Assembly: GCA_943704425.1 (NCBI GenBank)
Contig: CALSCP010001664.1
Span: forward strand, 1-50,543
Direction of reading: 5' to 3'
Length of the DNA: 50,543 nt
Origin: Ministeria vibrans ATCC 50519
Lineage: Eukaryota; Protista; Filasterea
This document shows, piece by piece, positions 1 to 9,775 of the stretch. The first letter of the stretch is position 1, and each line of letters begins with the position of its first letter. Made by a program: the position numbers and the translations under genes. Below the pieces are notes generated by a model. That model worked only from the letters and a program-made list of their open reading frames with translations, did not search any database and was not told the DNA's origin.

Positions 1-82
<82 letters not shown>

Positions 83-101
83 CCACTCTCTCTCACCCTC
101 T
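1..101. repeat. (CT)n microsatellite
   Basis: Direct reading: ~34 perfect CT units, then degenerate. Confidence 0.97.
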
Positions 102-134
102 CAGTTGTTGTCATTCATGTGAGCGTCGTCGCCC

Positions 135-890
135 CTATTGTTGCTCGTCTTGATACCATCTTTCGGCCTTCTCGTTTCCGCTCAAACTCTTCTTCCCGCC
201 ATACAGCTCCTCGAAGTGAGTTTTGACTGCTTCCATCGCCTCCTCGCCTGACGCCACCCGCTTCTCCTTCGTAGTTGGGTCGGTCCAAACCACCGTGGTC
301 GCCTGAACAGTTTCCATTTTAGCGAAGGGTGTCGTGGTGCTACCGCCTTTGACCATCTGGTAAAAGGCCCGCTTCTTCTGCTCTTCGAACTCCGTGTCCT
401 TCTTTTTCTTCCAAGCGGATCATTTCTTGGCAGTATGTGTCCGCAACACCGTCTTCAACCTTGTTTTCAGCTCCTCAACTTCCTCTCTGTTGGCGCCATC
501 TCTTTTTGCCTGTCGTAAACTTGCAAGTATGTCACGTACCGTCGCCTTAAACCACATTGAATGTGTCGTCGCGCCCTCTTCTTCCCTCCCGTTTTCTTTG
601 CTCATGTCCTGCTTTTTGTTCGCATTCTTCTTGTTCAGATAGAAAACGCAACATTGGTCTTGGAGCTCTGAGTACATCTGGCTCACTGCCTTTGCTTTCT
701 TCCAGGCATCCCACCTTTGTCGCGTTTGATCTACCCATCTGTTCAGTTTTCCCTTTTTCCTATCCTCTATCTCCTTTTGTTTCCCCTTGCTCAAATTCGC
801 CAGCTTGTTTGACCATGTTGGGCCCAAAGACTCTCGCACTTCGAGCGATTCGGCCTGACGTTGGTTCTCCCTGTTCCTTTCCTCTTCTTC
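135..890 (-). mobile_element. Degenerate ORF, possibly a non-LTR retrotransposon ORF2 fragment (linker upstream of the RT)
   Basis: ORFs 420..1127 and 135..356 are in the same frame, separated by one TGA (TAKK*SAWKKKKDTEFEEQKKRAFYQMVKGG...AVKTHFEELY). The K/E-rich helical stretch with 'FYQMVK...HFEELY' resembles the LINE pre-RT region. No RT motif is visible. Confidence 0.35.
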
Positions 891-1012
891 CATCTGACTA
901 CCTGAGTCAAAGTCTTGCACCCTTGCCCGGATCGCCACTGTGACCAATGTGTGGTCTGAGAGAGCACTCTCCGTTCTCCTTTTTTTTTTTTTAAATTCAA
1001 CTTTCAGGGTTA

Positions 1013-1200
1013 GCACTATGCACACTAAGCACAGTGGGCACACTAAGCACACTAAGCACACTAAGCACACACTAAGCACACACACACTAAACACACACGC
1101 TAAGCCCACTAAGCACACTAAGCGCACTAAACACTAAGCACACACACACACTGAACACATACTAACCACACACACTAACGACACACTAAGCACACACACA
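1013..1200. repeat. Degenerate tandem repeat (CACTAAGCA / CA-rich units)
   Basis: Repeated 'cactaagca' units interspersed with (CA)n. Confidence 0.9.
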
Positions 1201-1654
1201 CGATTTCTCTCGCTCTCTGAGTCTTGAATCTTGAACTTTCTCTGTATCTTTGTCCCTTTTTCTACCCTCCCTTGATGCCTCTCTAATTTTCGTTGCTTTC
1301 CCTTAAACTCTCGTTATCTCTTTCTTTACCCTGTGCGAACTCTTCATTCCCTCCCTCTCAGGCGAAGCGATGTTCGACTCCCTCCCGGCCCTTTTCATGG
1401 GCTCCGAGTCCCTCTACCTCGTCGTCTTCGATCTCTCCGCCATGTCTGACCCAACAACCGCCCAGCGCCAGTACGAACACATTTCCAAGTGGGCGCGGAG
1501 TGCGCCGGACTCCCTAATAAGGGTGTCACAGGTTGGTCGAAACAGGACATGACTAATAGCAGGAGCGACCAGGGTACCATGTCAAACTCCGAGTTTTACG
1601 CCAACCCGGACGTTTGCGATATCGCCGTTTACGGACCGTTTACTACGCGNNNNN

Positions 1655-2399
1655 CTCCGCGCCTCTTCACTGATTTTTTGCGACGTCCCGACTTGTTCGG
1701 CCGCATTTCCATTGACTGCACTACCGGCTTCGTGTGGCGGTTCTTTCCCGCGTCCACCACCACCACCGACACTTCCAGAGGCTCCTTGTGATGCCAGCGA
1801 CGGCGTGCACGTTGCGGCGTGCGCGTCGGGCGCGACGGGCTGCGCGAAACGCTGTGCGTTGGGTCGAGCGAAAATTTTTCTTCTTGCTTGTATCTTAGGA
1901 GCACCGCTGACCAACCTCCGTCCGAGTTTGGAATGTTGGTGACCCAGATATTGTTGTCGTGAACGTTGCCTGAGTGGTGACGTAGCTCGTTGGCGCTCTG
2001 GGGCAGAAAGTGGAGCGCGCGCTGGTCGCCGTTCCACTTTACTGAGACAAAATGCCGCTGTCCGGCGCCCCTCAGTGCCTCAGCGTACGACGGCTCACGG
2101 GTCGAGTGGCACACGTCCAAGGCCTGCAGCTGGGCCTTGATCGCGGCGGTCACCTCAACGCGTTTCAGGGATTCGGAATGAAAGATTTCAAACTGCATCG
2201 AGATGTCCGCATATTTGAAAATCGATCGTCCGATGGTCAACCCCCAGCGGCCGATATGGTTCATCACCGCGTCCACACGGTCCGAACGCACCGTGACTAC
2301 CACTCCGGGGCGCGCGTCGGCCAGCACGCGGACCGGAACCGGCGCAATGGGGCTCTCGGGTGACCGCTGCACGTCGACCCTCGTTCCCACAGATATCAC
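1655..2399 (-). CDS. Hypothetical ORF of unknown function within the inserted segment
   Basis: ~250 open codons with plausible composition; no motif recognised; runs into the N-gap. Confidence 0.25.
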
Positions 2400-2404
2400 G
2401 TCAC

Positions 2405-2438
2405 CCCTAACCCTAACCCTAACCCTAACCCTAACCCT
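2405..2438. repeat. Interstitial telomere-type repeat (CCCTAA)5.7
   Basis: Five perfect CCCTAA units plus CCCT. Confidence 0.92.
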
Positions 2439-2565
2439 GGTTGTATAGGTGAAAGAGAGTAGAGTTGAAGAAGAGATTCACAGCAATTAGCGCGTGGGTA
2501 CTCACTGGGTACGCGTGAGCACCTTTCTATATCTCGCCTCCCGGCCTATCTCCTCTCCCAGCTCA

Positions 2566-2629
2566 CGCTATCCAGTGAGGCAATCGCAATGGTACGCCAT
2601 ACCCCCAGTGGGGGCTTAGGGCTCTGACA
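2566..2629 (-). repeat. 64-bp dispersed repeat, copy 1
   Basis: Reverse complement matches 41494-41557 at 62/64 positions. Confidence 0.9.
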
Positions 2630-2836
2630 CCATGAAGGTGTCTGTCGGCAAGGAGTGTAAAAGTTGATTTCGTGGTTGAGGCAATCGGATCGGTGGTCGG
2701 CGGCGGCAAGTCCAGGTGGCTGCGGGGCGCTCCCGTGGTACACAGGCGGGGCGTTATTAGAAGAAGAAGAAGGGATACAACCTCCATACAACCCATTTAA
2801 TGATACTTATTACTTCGTATGTATCGCTTCTTCTAA

Positions 2837-2884
2837 CCCTGACACACCCTGACACACCCTGACACACCCTGACACACCCTGACA
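2837..2884. repeat. 10-bp tandem repeat (CCCTGACACA)~4.8, followed by scattered CCTGA motifs to ~2995
   Basis: Direct reading. Confidence 0.9.
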
Positions 2885-3014
2885 GGCTGACACACCTTGA
2901 TCACTCCTGATCAACCTGGTTGATCCTGACGCTGACTGGCGGCAAGATTCAGGGGTTGATCCTGTAAGGGTAACCCTGACAGGATTTTGTCAGGATTTTT
3001 AGCAAAGGGAATCC

Positions 3015-3167
3015 GGAGTGCGCCGGACTCCTTAATAAGGGTGTCACAGGTTGGTCAAAACAGGACATGACTAATAGCAGGAGCGACCAGGGTACCATGT
3101 CAAACTCCGAGTTTTACGCCAACCCGGACGTTTGCGATATCGCCGTTTACGGACCGTTTACTACGCG
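3015..3167 (+). repeat. Second copy of the transposon left end
   Basis: Near-identical to 1497-1649 (two substitutions seen). The first copy stops at the N-gap 1650-1654. Confidence 0.93.
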
Positions 3168-3426
3168 AAGAAGGCCTGTTCTGGTGTCCCTGAGAGAGGC
3201 GACGCTATTTAAGCCGTAAAAATGTCGTGTGAATGGGATGTGAAAGTACAAAATAGTGCGAAAGAGAATGACAAAAGTTGTGGGGCGGTGAATAAACCGA
3301 GTTACCGAGAAAGGTCAAAGTCACATTTCTCTTCGACCGTTGCTTTGTGGCATGAATGTGGCTGTCCTTGTGCAGTTTCAAGTAGAGCGAAATTCCTATT
3401 TTGAGACTGGTATGAAAGACCAGACG

Positions 3427-3460
<34 letters not shown>

Positions 3461-3578
3461 GAAATAACACCACTAACGGACGTCTAACTCCCCTCTAACC
3501 ATCCACCGGGGCCTCGTAGCCAACTGCGTTCCAGTAGAAGCTACCATTCGGCGGCAGCAAGCCTTCGCCGAACTCGAA

Positions 3579-4971
3579 ATGCTCGTGAAAGACTCGTTTG
3601 GCAATAACGCCGCGTTGGGACACATCTTCCTTGAGCGTCCACCGCCACGGCGCCGCATTGCCCACAGTGCTCTCACGCCTGAGGCCTTTGATCGCTGGCT
3701 GGAGCGGTGTGGGCAGCACGAGTTGCTCGAGTTTCTCCTAGAAGTTCGTCACCGTCTTGATTTGCATGAACCCACCCAACTCGCCGACGTGCAAGTCGCT
3801 GGAGCTGACGACAGCGGCGCCCCCGGACCAGCCGGGGGTGGCACTGCCCCGGCCAAGCGTGCACACGAGAGCGACGGCGACATCAACGACGGCGGCAGCG
3901 ACAGCCGGCAGCGTAAGAAGCGGGCGTCGACGCCAGCTCAGATCGGCGAGCTCTCGTCAACGAGAAGCGTGTCACAGTGTGTACATCTTCCGACCGGCTC
4001 CGACGAGTACAAGCACAGCTCAAGGCGGTGCAGAAACCACGAGCGACCGATGGTGGGTCTAGCGAGGTGGGCGTGGTGAAGACAGGAAGCGTGCTCGCCC
4101 TGCTCTTTGACATCTCGCGATCGTGCCCGGTGGCTGAGCGCGAAGAGCGTGCCGAGCGGGCGACGACGCTGGACCAGCTGCGGCGTTTTCGAATTGCATT
4201 CGGGGGAGTGTTGCTCACTTGACTATGTCGAGGCGGGTCGGGGCGGCGGATTCGAGCCGAGAGAAGAGGCTAGCGGTGGAAGAGGCATCCCTATCGATGT
4301 GTGACGCGACACGAGACACCGTCAAGGTGTCTTACATTGAGTTGACTGGATCATTGGTGGTGACATTGCCGCGCACTGAGGGCGAGCAGCCACAAGGGGC
4401 GGATCATTGGCTGTGGGAAGAGAGCGGCATTCGCATGCGGACTGCGAACGATACGGTGGCTGCAGAGCGGCATCTGGCCGACGTCTGTGGAGTACACGGT
4501 GTGGCACAGATTGAGCAGGTGTCGCTATCGTCTGTGATCACGGTGTGCAACGTAGACGCAGCGATGCAGCTGACGCCGGACAAGCTAACGCTGGACAACG
4601 TGGAGTTGGAGCGGATCAAGTCCTGCGCGAGGGAGTCGATCATGGCGATCGTCGAGAGCGAGCTCGTGCGCCATCGTCCGCTTGCAACGGCCGCTGCGGC
4701 CCGGCCGTCAGCCGAGCCGATGTTGCATACTTCTGCAACCGACACTTCTCTACCAGCATCACCAACGCCAACGGCGTCTCCGCCTGGCCGCCAGCGGCTG
4801 GTGGATCAAGCTACGACTGCAACTCCCGTCGCCGAATCTGCGCCACCAACTCGCGCATCTCGCCGGGAGGGCGCCGGTGGACTCGGTGCAGTACAGCGTG
4901 CAGCTGCCGAGGAAGCCCACGGCCTCGTCGACGTGTTAGATGATGATCTCGTCAAAATGAACACGACTTGA
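3579..4971 (+). other. Fragmented ORFs inside the transposon (3579-4079, 3977-4222, 4219-4971); cargo or decayed gene
   Basis: GC-rich, coding-like tract broken over three ORFs; no recognisable domain. Confidence 0.3.
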
Positions 4972-7766
4972 AATATTTTTTAATTTTTTTTTTCAATTTT
5001 TTTTTGTCTAACGTCGCCCTATCGTCAGTAGGCTACATGAATGAGTGTTGTAGAAGCCTCCGATGAGGGTAAAATGTACTTTTCTTGCTCCTCAACGAGG
5101 TACCAGGTCAGAAATCCGATTTTGGTTATAACCGGAGTGGGACAGAGTCCGGCGCACTCCGTGGGCGCACATGATTATGCACCAAGTCCCCGCTACGGAG
5201 CACTCCTACTTCAAAGTCATCATCGTCGCCACCCACCTCGACACCTTCCCCGACAACACAGCTCCAGCCGCTCTCCTCCAGAGAGTCTCAGATGCGGTTT
5301 TCGGTCTTGTCGGCGCGGTCTTGGGTAATCACCTCATGCGACCAAGCGGCCCCACCTCCCTCGCGTTCTTTGCAGTCGGCAGCAAGAAAAGGATCGGACT
5401 AGGACAACTTTCAAAGGCGATGCATGATGCTGTGCGCCCGCGTACTCTACCCATGGAGTATGTCTGTGTGCAAGACCTGATTGGGCGCCGCGCACGAGAG
5501 AAGAAGATCGCGCTCATGTCGCGCGTGTCAGATCTCAGCTCACTCGTTCTCAACGACGACCCTCGCATCACTCTTTCTGCATTGATTCCGGACGGCTCGC
5601 TGATCCGCACTGAACTGGTACCCTATCTGGAGTCTGCCGCAGACATTGTGGTGTGCCGTGAGAACGCGACGTCTCAAGATGTGCGCGAGACGGACACAGT
5701 CGTCTTTGACATCCCTCATCTGATTGCGGCGCTAGAACTGCTCTGCTCGGTGGTGTTGGCGCGATGGGGACGGGCTTCAAGCACCCGTGCCCTGGACATG
5801 CTCAAGAAAGTCGTCGAGGCGGGTCGTGCTTCCGATCTGTCTCGCACAGAGAAAATCCTACAGAGACTCTGGACGAGTCGCGCACAACGTCTGCGGCGGG
5901 ATTTCCCCTCGAAGCGGCGGAGTGGCTCGTGTGGACGGCGGCCAAAGACAGCAAGGACTCCCTACTCTGTGGCGGTGATGTGGGTGACGTTGGCACGTTC
6001 ATGGAGTGTCTGGAGCACCTGAGTCTGGCGAAGCGTCACGGGGACTTCCTGTTGGTGCCCATGCTGCTGCCCGACGACGCTTCCTTCTCCTCCAGCGCCT
6101 CGCCCGCCCCTGCTGTTCTGTTCCTCTACCAGATGATAAGCAGTGCCGCCGGCGACTGGGAGGTGCTTCCCGTGTCCCTCGCCACATTTCATCTGGTGGT
6201 GGTGGCACTGTGGCGCGCATGTCCGCCTGACAGTCCCATCGAAGCGACTCAACGATGCACCAATGCACTTGCCATGGACGGATGTGTCCCTGTGCGACTT
6301 CGACTCAGCAGCAACGAGCGGTTCATTCGTGTGGAATTGCTGAGTGAGGCGCCAGGCAAGTGTGGAGCGACGTGGACGAAGTTGGTTGAGACTGTGTGTG
6401 AGTCGACGCGCACTCTGCGGTGGGGTTGGCGCGGCTCTGCTGTGGTGGTACCCGCACACCCCACCGACGCATTCCGTCCACTCTTCGTTCCCGAAAGTGT
6501 CGCCAAGTGCCCCGAGCGGTACCGAGACGGAGACGTGGTGAGAGCAGAGCTTGTGTGTCACTCTGGACAAGCTCTGGCGTGCAATCTAAATCTTCAGAAG
6601 TGGTGGGTGAAACGAAACGGTAAGTTTTTTTCTCTTTAGTCATGACATTCATCATTAATTATTTTCTTGTTAGTTCCTGGCATCTACTCGCATGTGTCTG
6701 TGCTGATTGTGGGAGTGAGTCGCTACCAGTCGTCGGGCAACACTGCGCTTCAGTACTATGATGACTTGCGAGGCGTGCGTGAGAGTGCTCGACTACTCAA
6801 TGACGTGTGGACGAAGCGAGGGTGCGATGTGGAGAGTGTGGTGGACTGGAAGAAAGGCGATCGGGTGGTCCGGAGTCAGATTGTGGACGCGATGCATCGA
6901 CTGGCAATGAGAGCAGGATCGATTGCTGGACAAGAATCACTGTTGATTGTGCATCTGATTGGACATGGAGCCGAGGATGGCACTGGCGGGTTGTTGCTGA
7001 GTGACGCGCGCGAGACAGTGAGCGGTCGTCTGTCGCGCCTGACTCTGCGCAATCTCAATACGATCCTTCAAGAAGACGTGTTCTGGCTGGGTGGCAATGC
7101 GTTGGTGTTCTGCGACTTCTGCAACAGTGGCGTGTTCATTGAGCCCGACGAGGACCTCACACCATCACTGCCCACCCAGCGCACTCCATCAGTGCCTCCG
7201 GTTCAAAGGGGTGTCTATGCGCGCCAACTCATCACAAGCGCACTCAAAGACACTAAAGCATTCACCACAGCAGACCGCAGCAAAACTCGCATGACTGAGC
7301 TGCTAGTCCTGGCATTGGGCCCCGACCGACGGGCCTTCCATGAGGGCGAGGAGTGCGTGACTGCGGTTGAGCTGCGGCATCGACTGCAGTTGCTGGACTC
7401 TGCGAACACATTTCAGTCTGCGCTGGTGGGGCGTATTTGGAAGGACTGGACTGCGGGAATGGTCAACAGCGGAGATATCTACTTGTACCGATGGGGGTGT
7501 GGAGTGAAAGAGTGAAGAGAGAGAGAGAGAGGGGGAGACGATGAAGAGCGATCACATTTTATTATTTCATTACTTCTATCGTCACAATACAATAATAATT
7601 ACGTTAATCCATACCAAAAAAAGGCCGTGATTCTGACTGTTATCAGCAGCGAAGTGACCTAAGTAGTAGGACCTTTCACCGCTTCAGTCGTCGCCTTCTT
7701 CAGCATCTTACTTACTCTTCGGACCCCTCTGTTTGACTCCTGTCGCCCGGTATCCCGTGATTAGTC

Positions 7767-8392
7767 GTACAATGAAGCTTTTGCCCTAGCCTAGCTAGGG
7801 CTTTCAAAAAAATCACACCTCGTGCATTGTGCCAGCGTCGTCCTCCGCTGTCGCCGTTTCAAAGCCCCTCCTCGTGTCCACCTCCTTGCGCTTGAGTACG
7901 GAGTAGTCCCACCACTGCCCCCACACAGCAGACCGTCGCCTCGCAGACGAACCTCTCTTGCTCAGCTGTGCGAACCGCCCCTCATCTCCATCCCTCACAG
8001 TCTCTCCTTGTCGTCTAAGTGTCGTCCATGAAGCTCCTTTCCCGTTCTTTTGTGGCTGCCGTGAGGTAATGCCTTGAGACGGCGTATGAGCAATACAGAG
8101 AGTGGCAGCGGCACCAACACAGGGTCCGTGATTGCTACTGCCGAACTACTGCCTGCCCTCTTGCTTGATGAATTTCCCATTTTATCGTTTTCTTTCTTTC
8201 TCTCTTTTTCCACGAGAGCGCGCCGATTTTCACGGTCAGTTTTGTCATTTTCACCAAATCCAGAGAGCCGGCCGCACCCCACGCACTGTCGTATCCATTT
8301 CCACAAAGTATCTTTTTTCCCCACTTCCCCCTTTTTTTTCTTTTTTTTTTGGAAGTCCTTTGGAAGTCCCTAGGGCAAAAGCTTCATTGTAC
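7767..8392. mobile_element. 626-bp cassette bounded by 23-bp perfect inverted repeats (MITE-like)
   Basis: GTACAATGAAGCTTTTGCCCTAG (7767-7789) and its exact reverse complement (8370-8392). No TSD found. Confidence 0.55.
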
Positions 8393-9470
8393 AAGACAAT
8401 CTAGCCATCCGAAGCGGCTGCTTCACCCCCGCATGGGCCGAAGCGGACATTCCGAGAGACTTGCATGCTAAGCCATTCANNNNNNNNNNNNNNNNNNNNN
8501 NNNNNNNNNNNNNNNNNNNNNNNNNNNNNNNNNNNNNNNNNNNNNNNNNNNNNNNNNNNNNNNNNNNNNNNNNNNNNNNNNNNNNNNNNNNNNNNNNNNN
8601 NNNNNNNNNNNNNNNNNNNNNNNNNNNNNNNNNNNNNNNNNNNNNNNNNNNNNNNNNNNNNNNNNNNNNNNNNNNNNNNNNNNNNNNNNNNNNNNNNNNN
8701 NNNNNNNNNNNNNNNNNNNNNNNNNNNNNNNNNNNNNNNNNNNNNNNNNNNNNNNNNACAAACACCAGGATCAGGCAGCAACCTACTGACGCCGCTGCCA
8801 CTCCCTGTAATGCTCATACGCCGCCTCCAGGCACTGTCTCGCAGCCGCTACTGCATCTTTTCGAGCGTAGGCTGGGATGCGACGCGTCATGGCCAACGAC
8901 CAGCAACCAGACACCAAGTGCAGGGCGGGTTGGTCATCACACTCATTCCTATGACTGAGGCGTACCGTACTACTGCAAAAAAGACACTGATTGACACGAA
9001 ATTGTTCGGACACTGATCACATTGAAGGGACGGGCTCGAAATCAAATGTCCGCTTTAATCATCCCTCTTGCGCGTCCACGGGATACAATAGCACGTCTGT
9101 CGCTATATGTGGTGGAAGACGAAAGACAAATGCAGTAGACTGCTAGACACTGCTTGCCGTTGCTCATGCAGCCGCCTGAGCAACGCCTCGGTAACACCTC
9201 TGTTGTAGTATCTCTCTATGATCAAATACACATTTGGATCACGTTTTGTATGCTACCGCTTCAACATTGCAGTTTCCACTTCCGCTCTACTTCTCCTTGG
9301 ATCGAATCACATTTGATCACAATCGAAACTCCGTTCATTCAAATCAGTTCAAGCAGTACCACCAATCCCTGACCAGTGAGTGACCATGGTATGGAGGTGT
9401 CAGAGCCACCTCTTTCCTTTGATTTGTAGTAGCTGGTTTGATTTTGTAATTATTCTCATGACTGTGATTT

Positions 9471-9472
9471 TA

Positions 9473-9552
<80 letters not shown>

Positions 9553-9571
9553 CATAATAATAATAATAATC

Positions 9572-9603
<32 letters not shown>

Positions 9604-9720
9604 CATAATAATAATAATAATCATAATAAATTAGTATCATTATTATTAAAATAATATTATATTTTATTATTATTAATAATAATAATAATTATTATTATTA
9701 TTATTAATAAATTTATTTAT
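9471..9720. repeat. (AAT)n / (ATT)n microsatellite
   Basis: Direct reading. Confidence 0.97.
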
Positions 9721-9775
9721 CTTTTCATAGGTTTTCATTCAATTAAAATATAGACAAGGCACTTCATTTTTTTTT

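Larger units (their letters stand above)
1497..5160. mobile_element. TIR DNA transposon, probably non-autonomous; GG...CC ends with 8-bp TSD are Merlin-like
   Basis: Perfect 16-bp TIRs GGAGTGCGCCGGACTC (1497-1512) / GAGTCCGGCGCACTCC (5145-5160), flanked by the 8-bp direct repeat GTGGGCGC (1489-1496; 5161-5168). No DDE transposase recognised inside. Confidence 0.9.
1362..7515 (+). pseudogene. Roco-family gene: Roc GTPase + COR + C-terminal caspase-like (peptidase C14) domain. 5' exons not in view; interrupted by a transposon
   Basis: Exon from acceptor at 1361: (G)EAMFDSLPALFMGSESLYLVVFDLS...YEHISKW. Removing the TE and one TSD gives in-frame ISKWAHMIMHQVP...FKVIIVATHLD (Roc-type G4 THxD). 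COR-like motifs VVFDIPHLIAAL and MECLEHLSL...LLVPMLLP. A frame change lies between 5764 and ~5900. A 54-nt intron 6620-6673 (G|gtaagt...ttag|TT) joins in phase to VSVLIVGVSRY...LIVHLIGHG...LVFCDFCNSG. Stop TGA at 7513-7515. Confidence 0.8.

Noticed and set aside
420-422. Genome-wide TGA reassignment suggested by in-frame TGAs here and at 14975-14992
   Set aside because: Conserved genes in the window (cystinosin, tectonic, EGF protein, caspase exon) end at TGA at the expected positions.
1013-1200. CRISPR-like repeat array (also 35017-35140 and 50208-50440)
   Set aside because: No unique spacers, low complexity, eukaryotic intronic/intergenic context, no cas genes.
2618-2634. LTR-retrotransposon primer-binding site (CA-TGGTGTCAGAGC on the minus strand)
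   Set aside because: The second copy lacks the TGG, and no gag/pol ORF follows.
3579-4971. Transposase or Fanzor/TnpB nuclease inside the TIR element
   Set aside because: No DDE, RuvC or zinc-ribbon motif pattern could be identified by eye.
8400-8479. Possible HDV-like ribozyme or rRNA fragment (CCGAAGCGG twice; reverse complement GCTTAGCATGCAAGTC)
   Set aside because: I could not build a convincing nested double pseudoknot; the SSU rRNA similarity is only ~12 nt; the sequence is cut by a gap.
8370-8817. ORFs spanning long X runs (also 40980-41581)
   Set aside because: Artefacts of N-gaps.
9380-9634. Poly-Ile ORFs on both strands
   Set aside because: Translations of the (AAT)n microsatellite.
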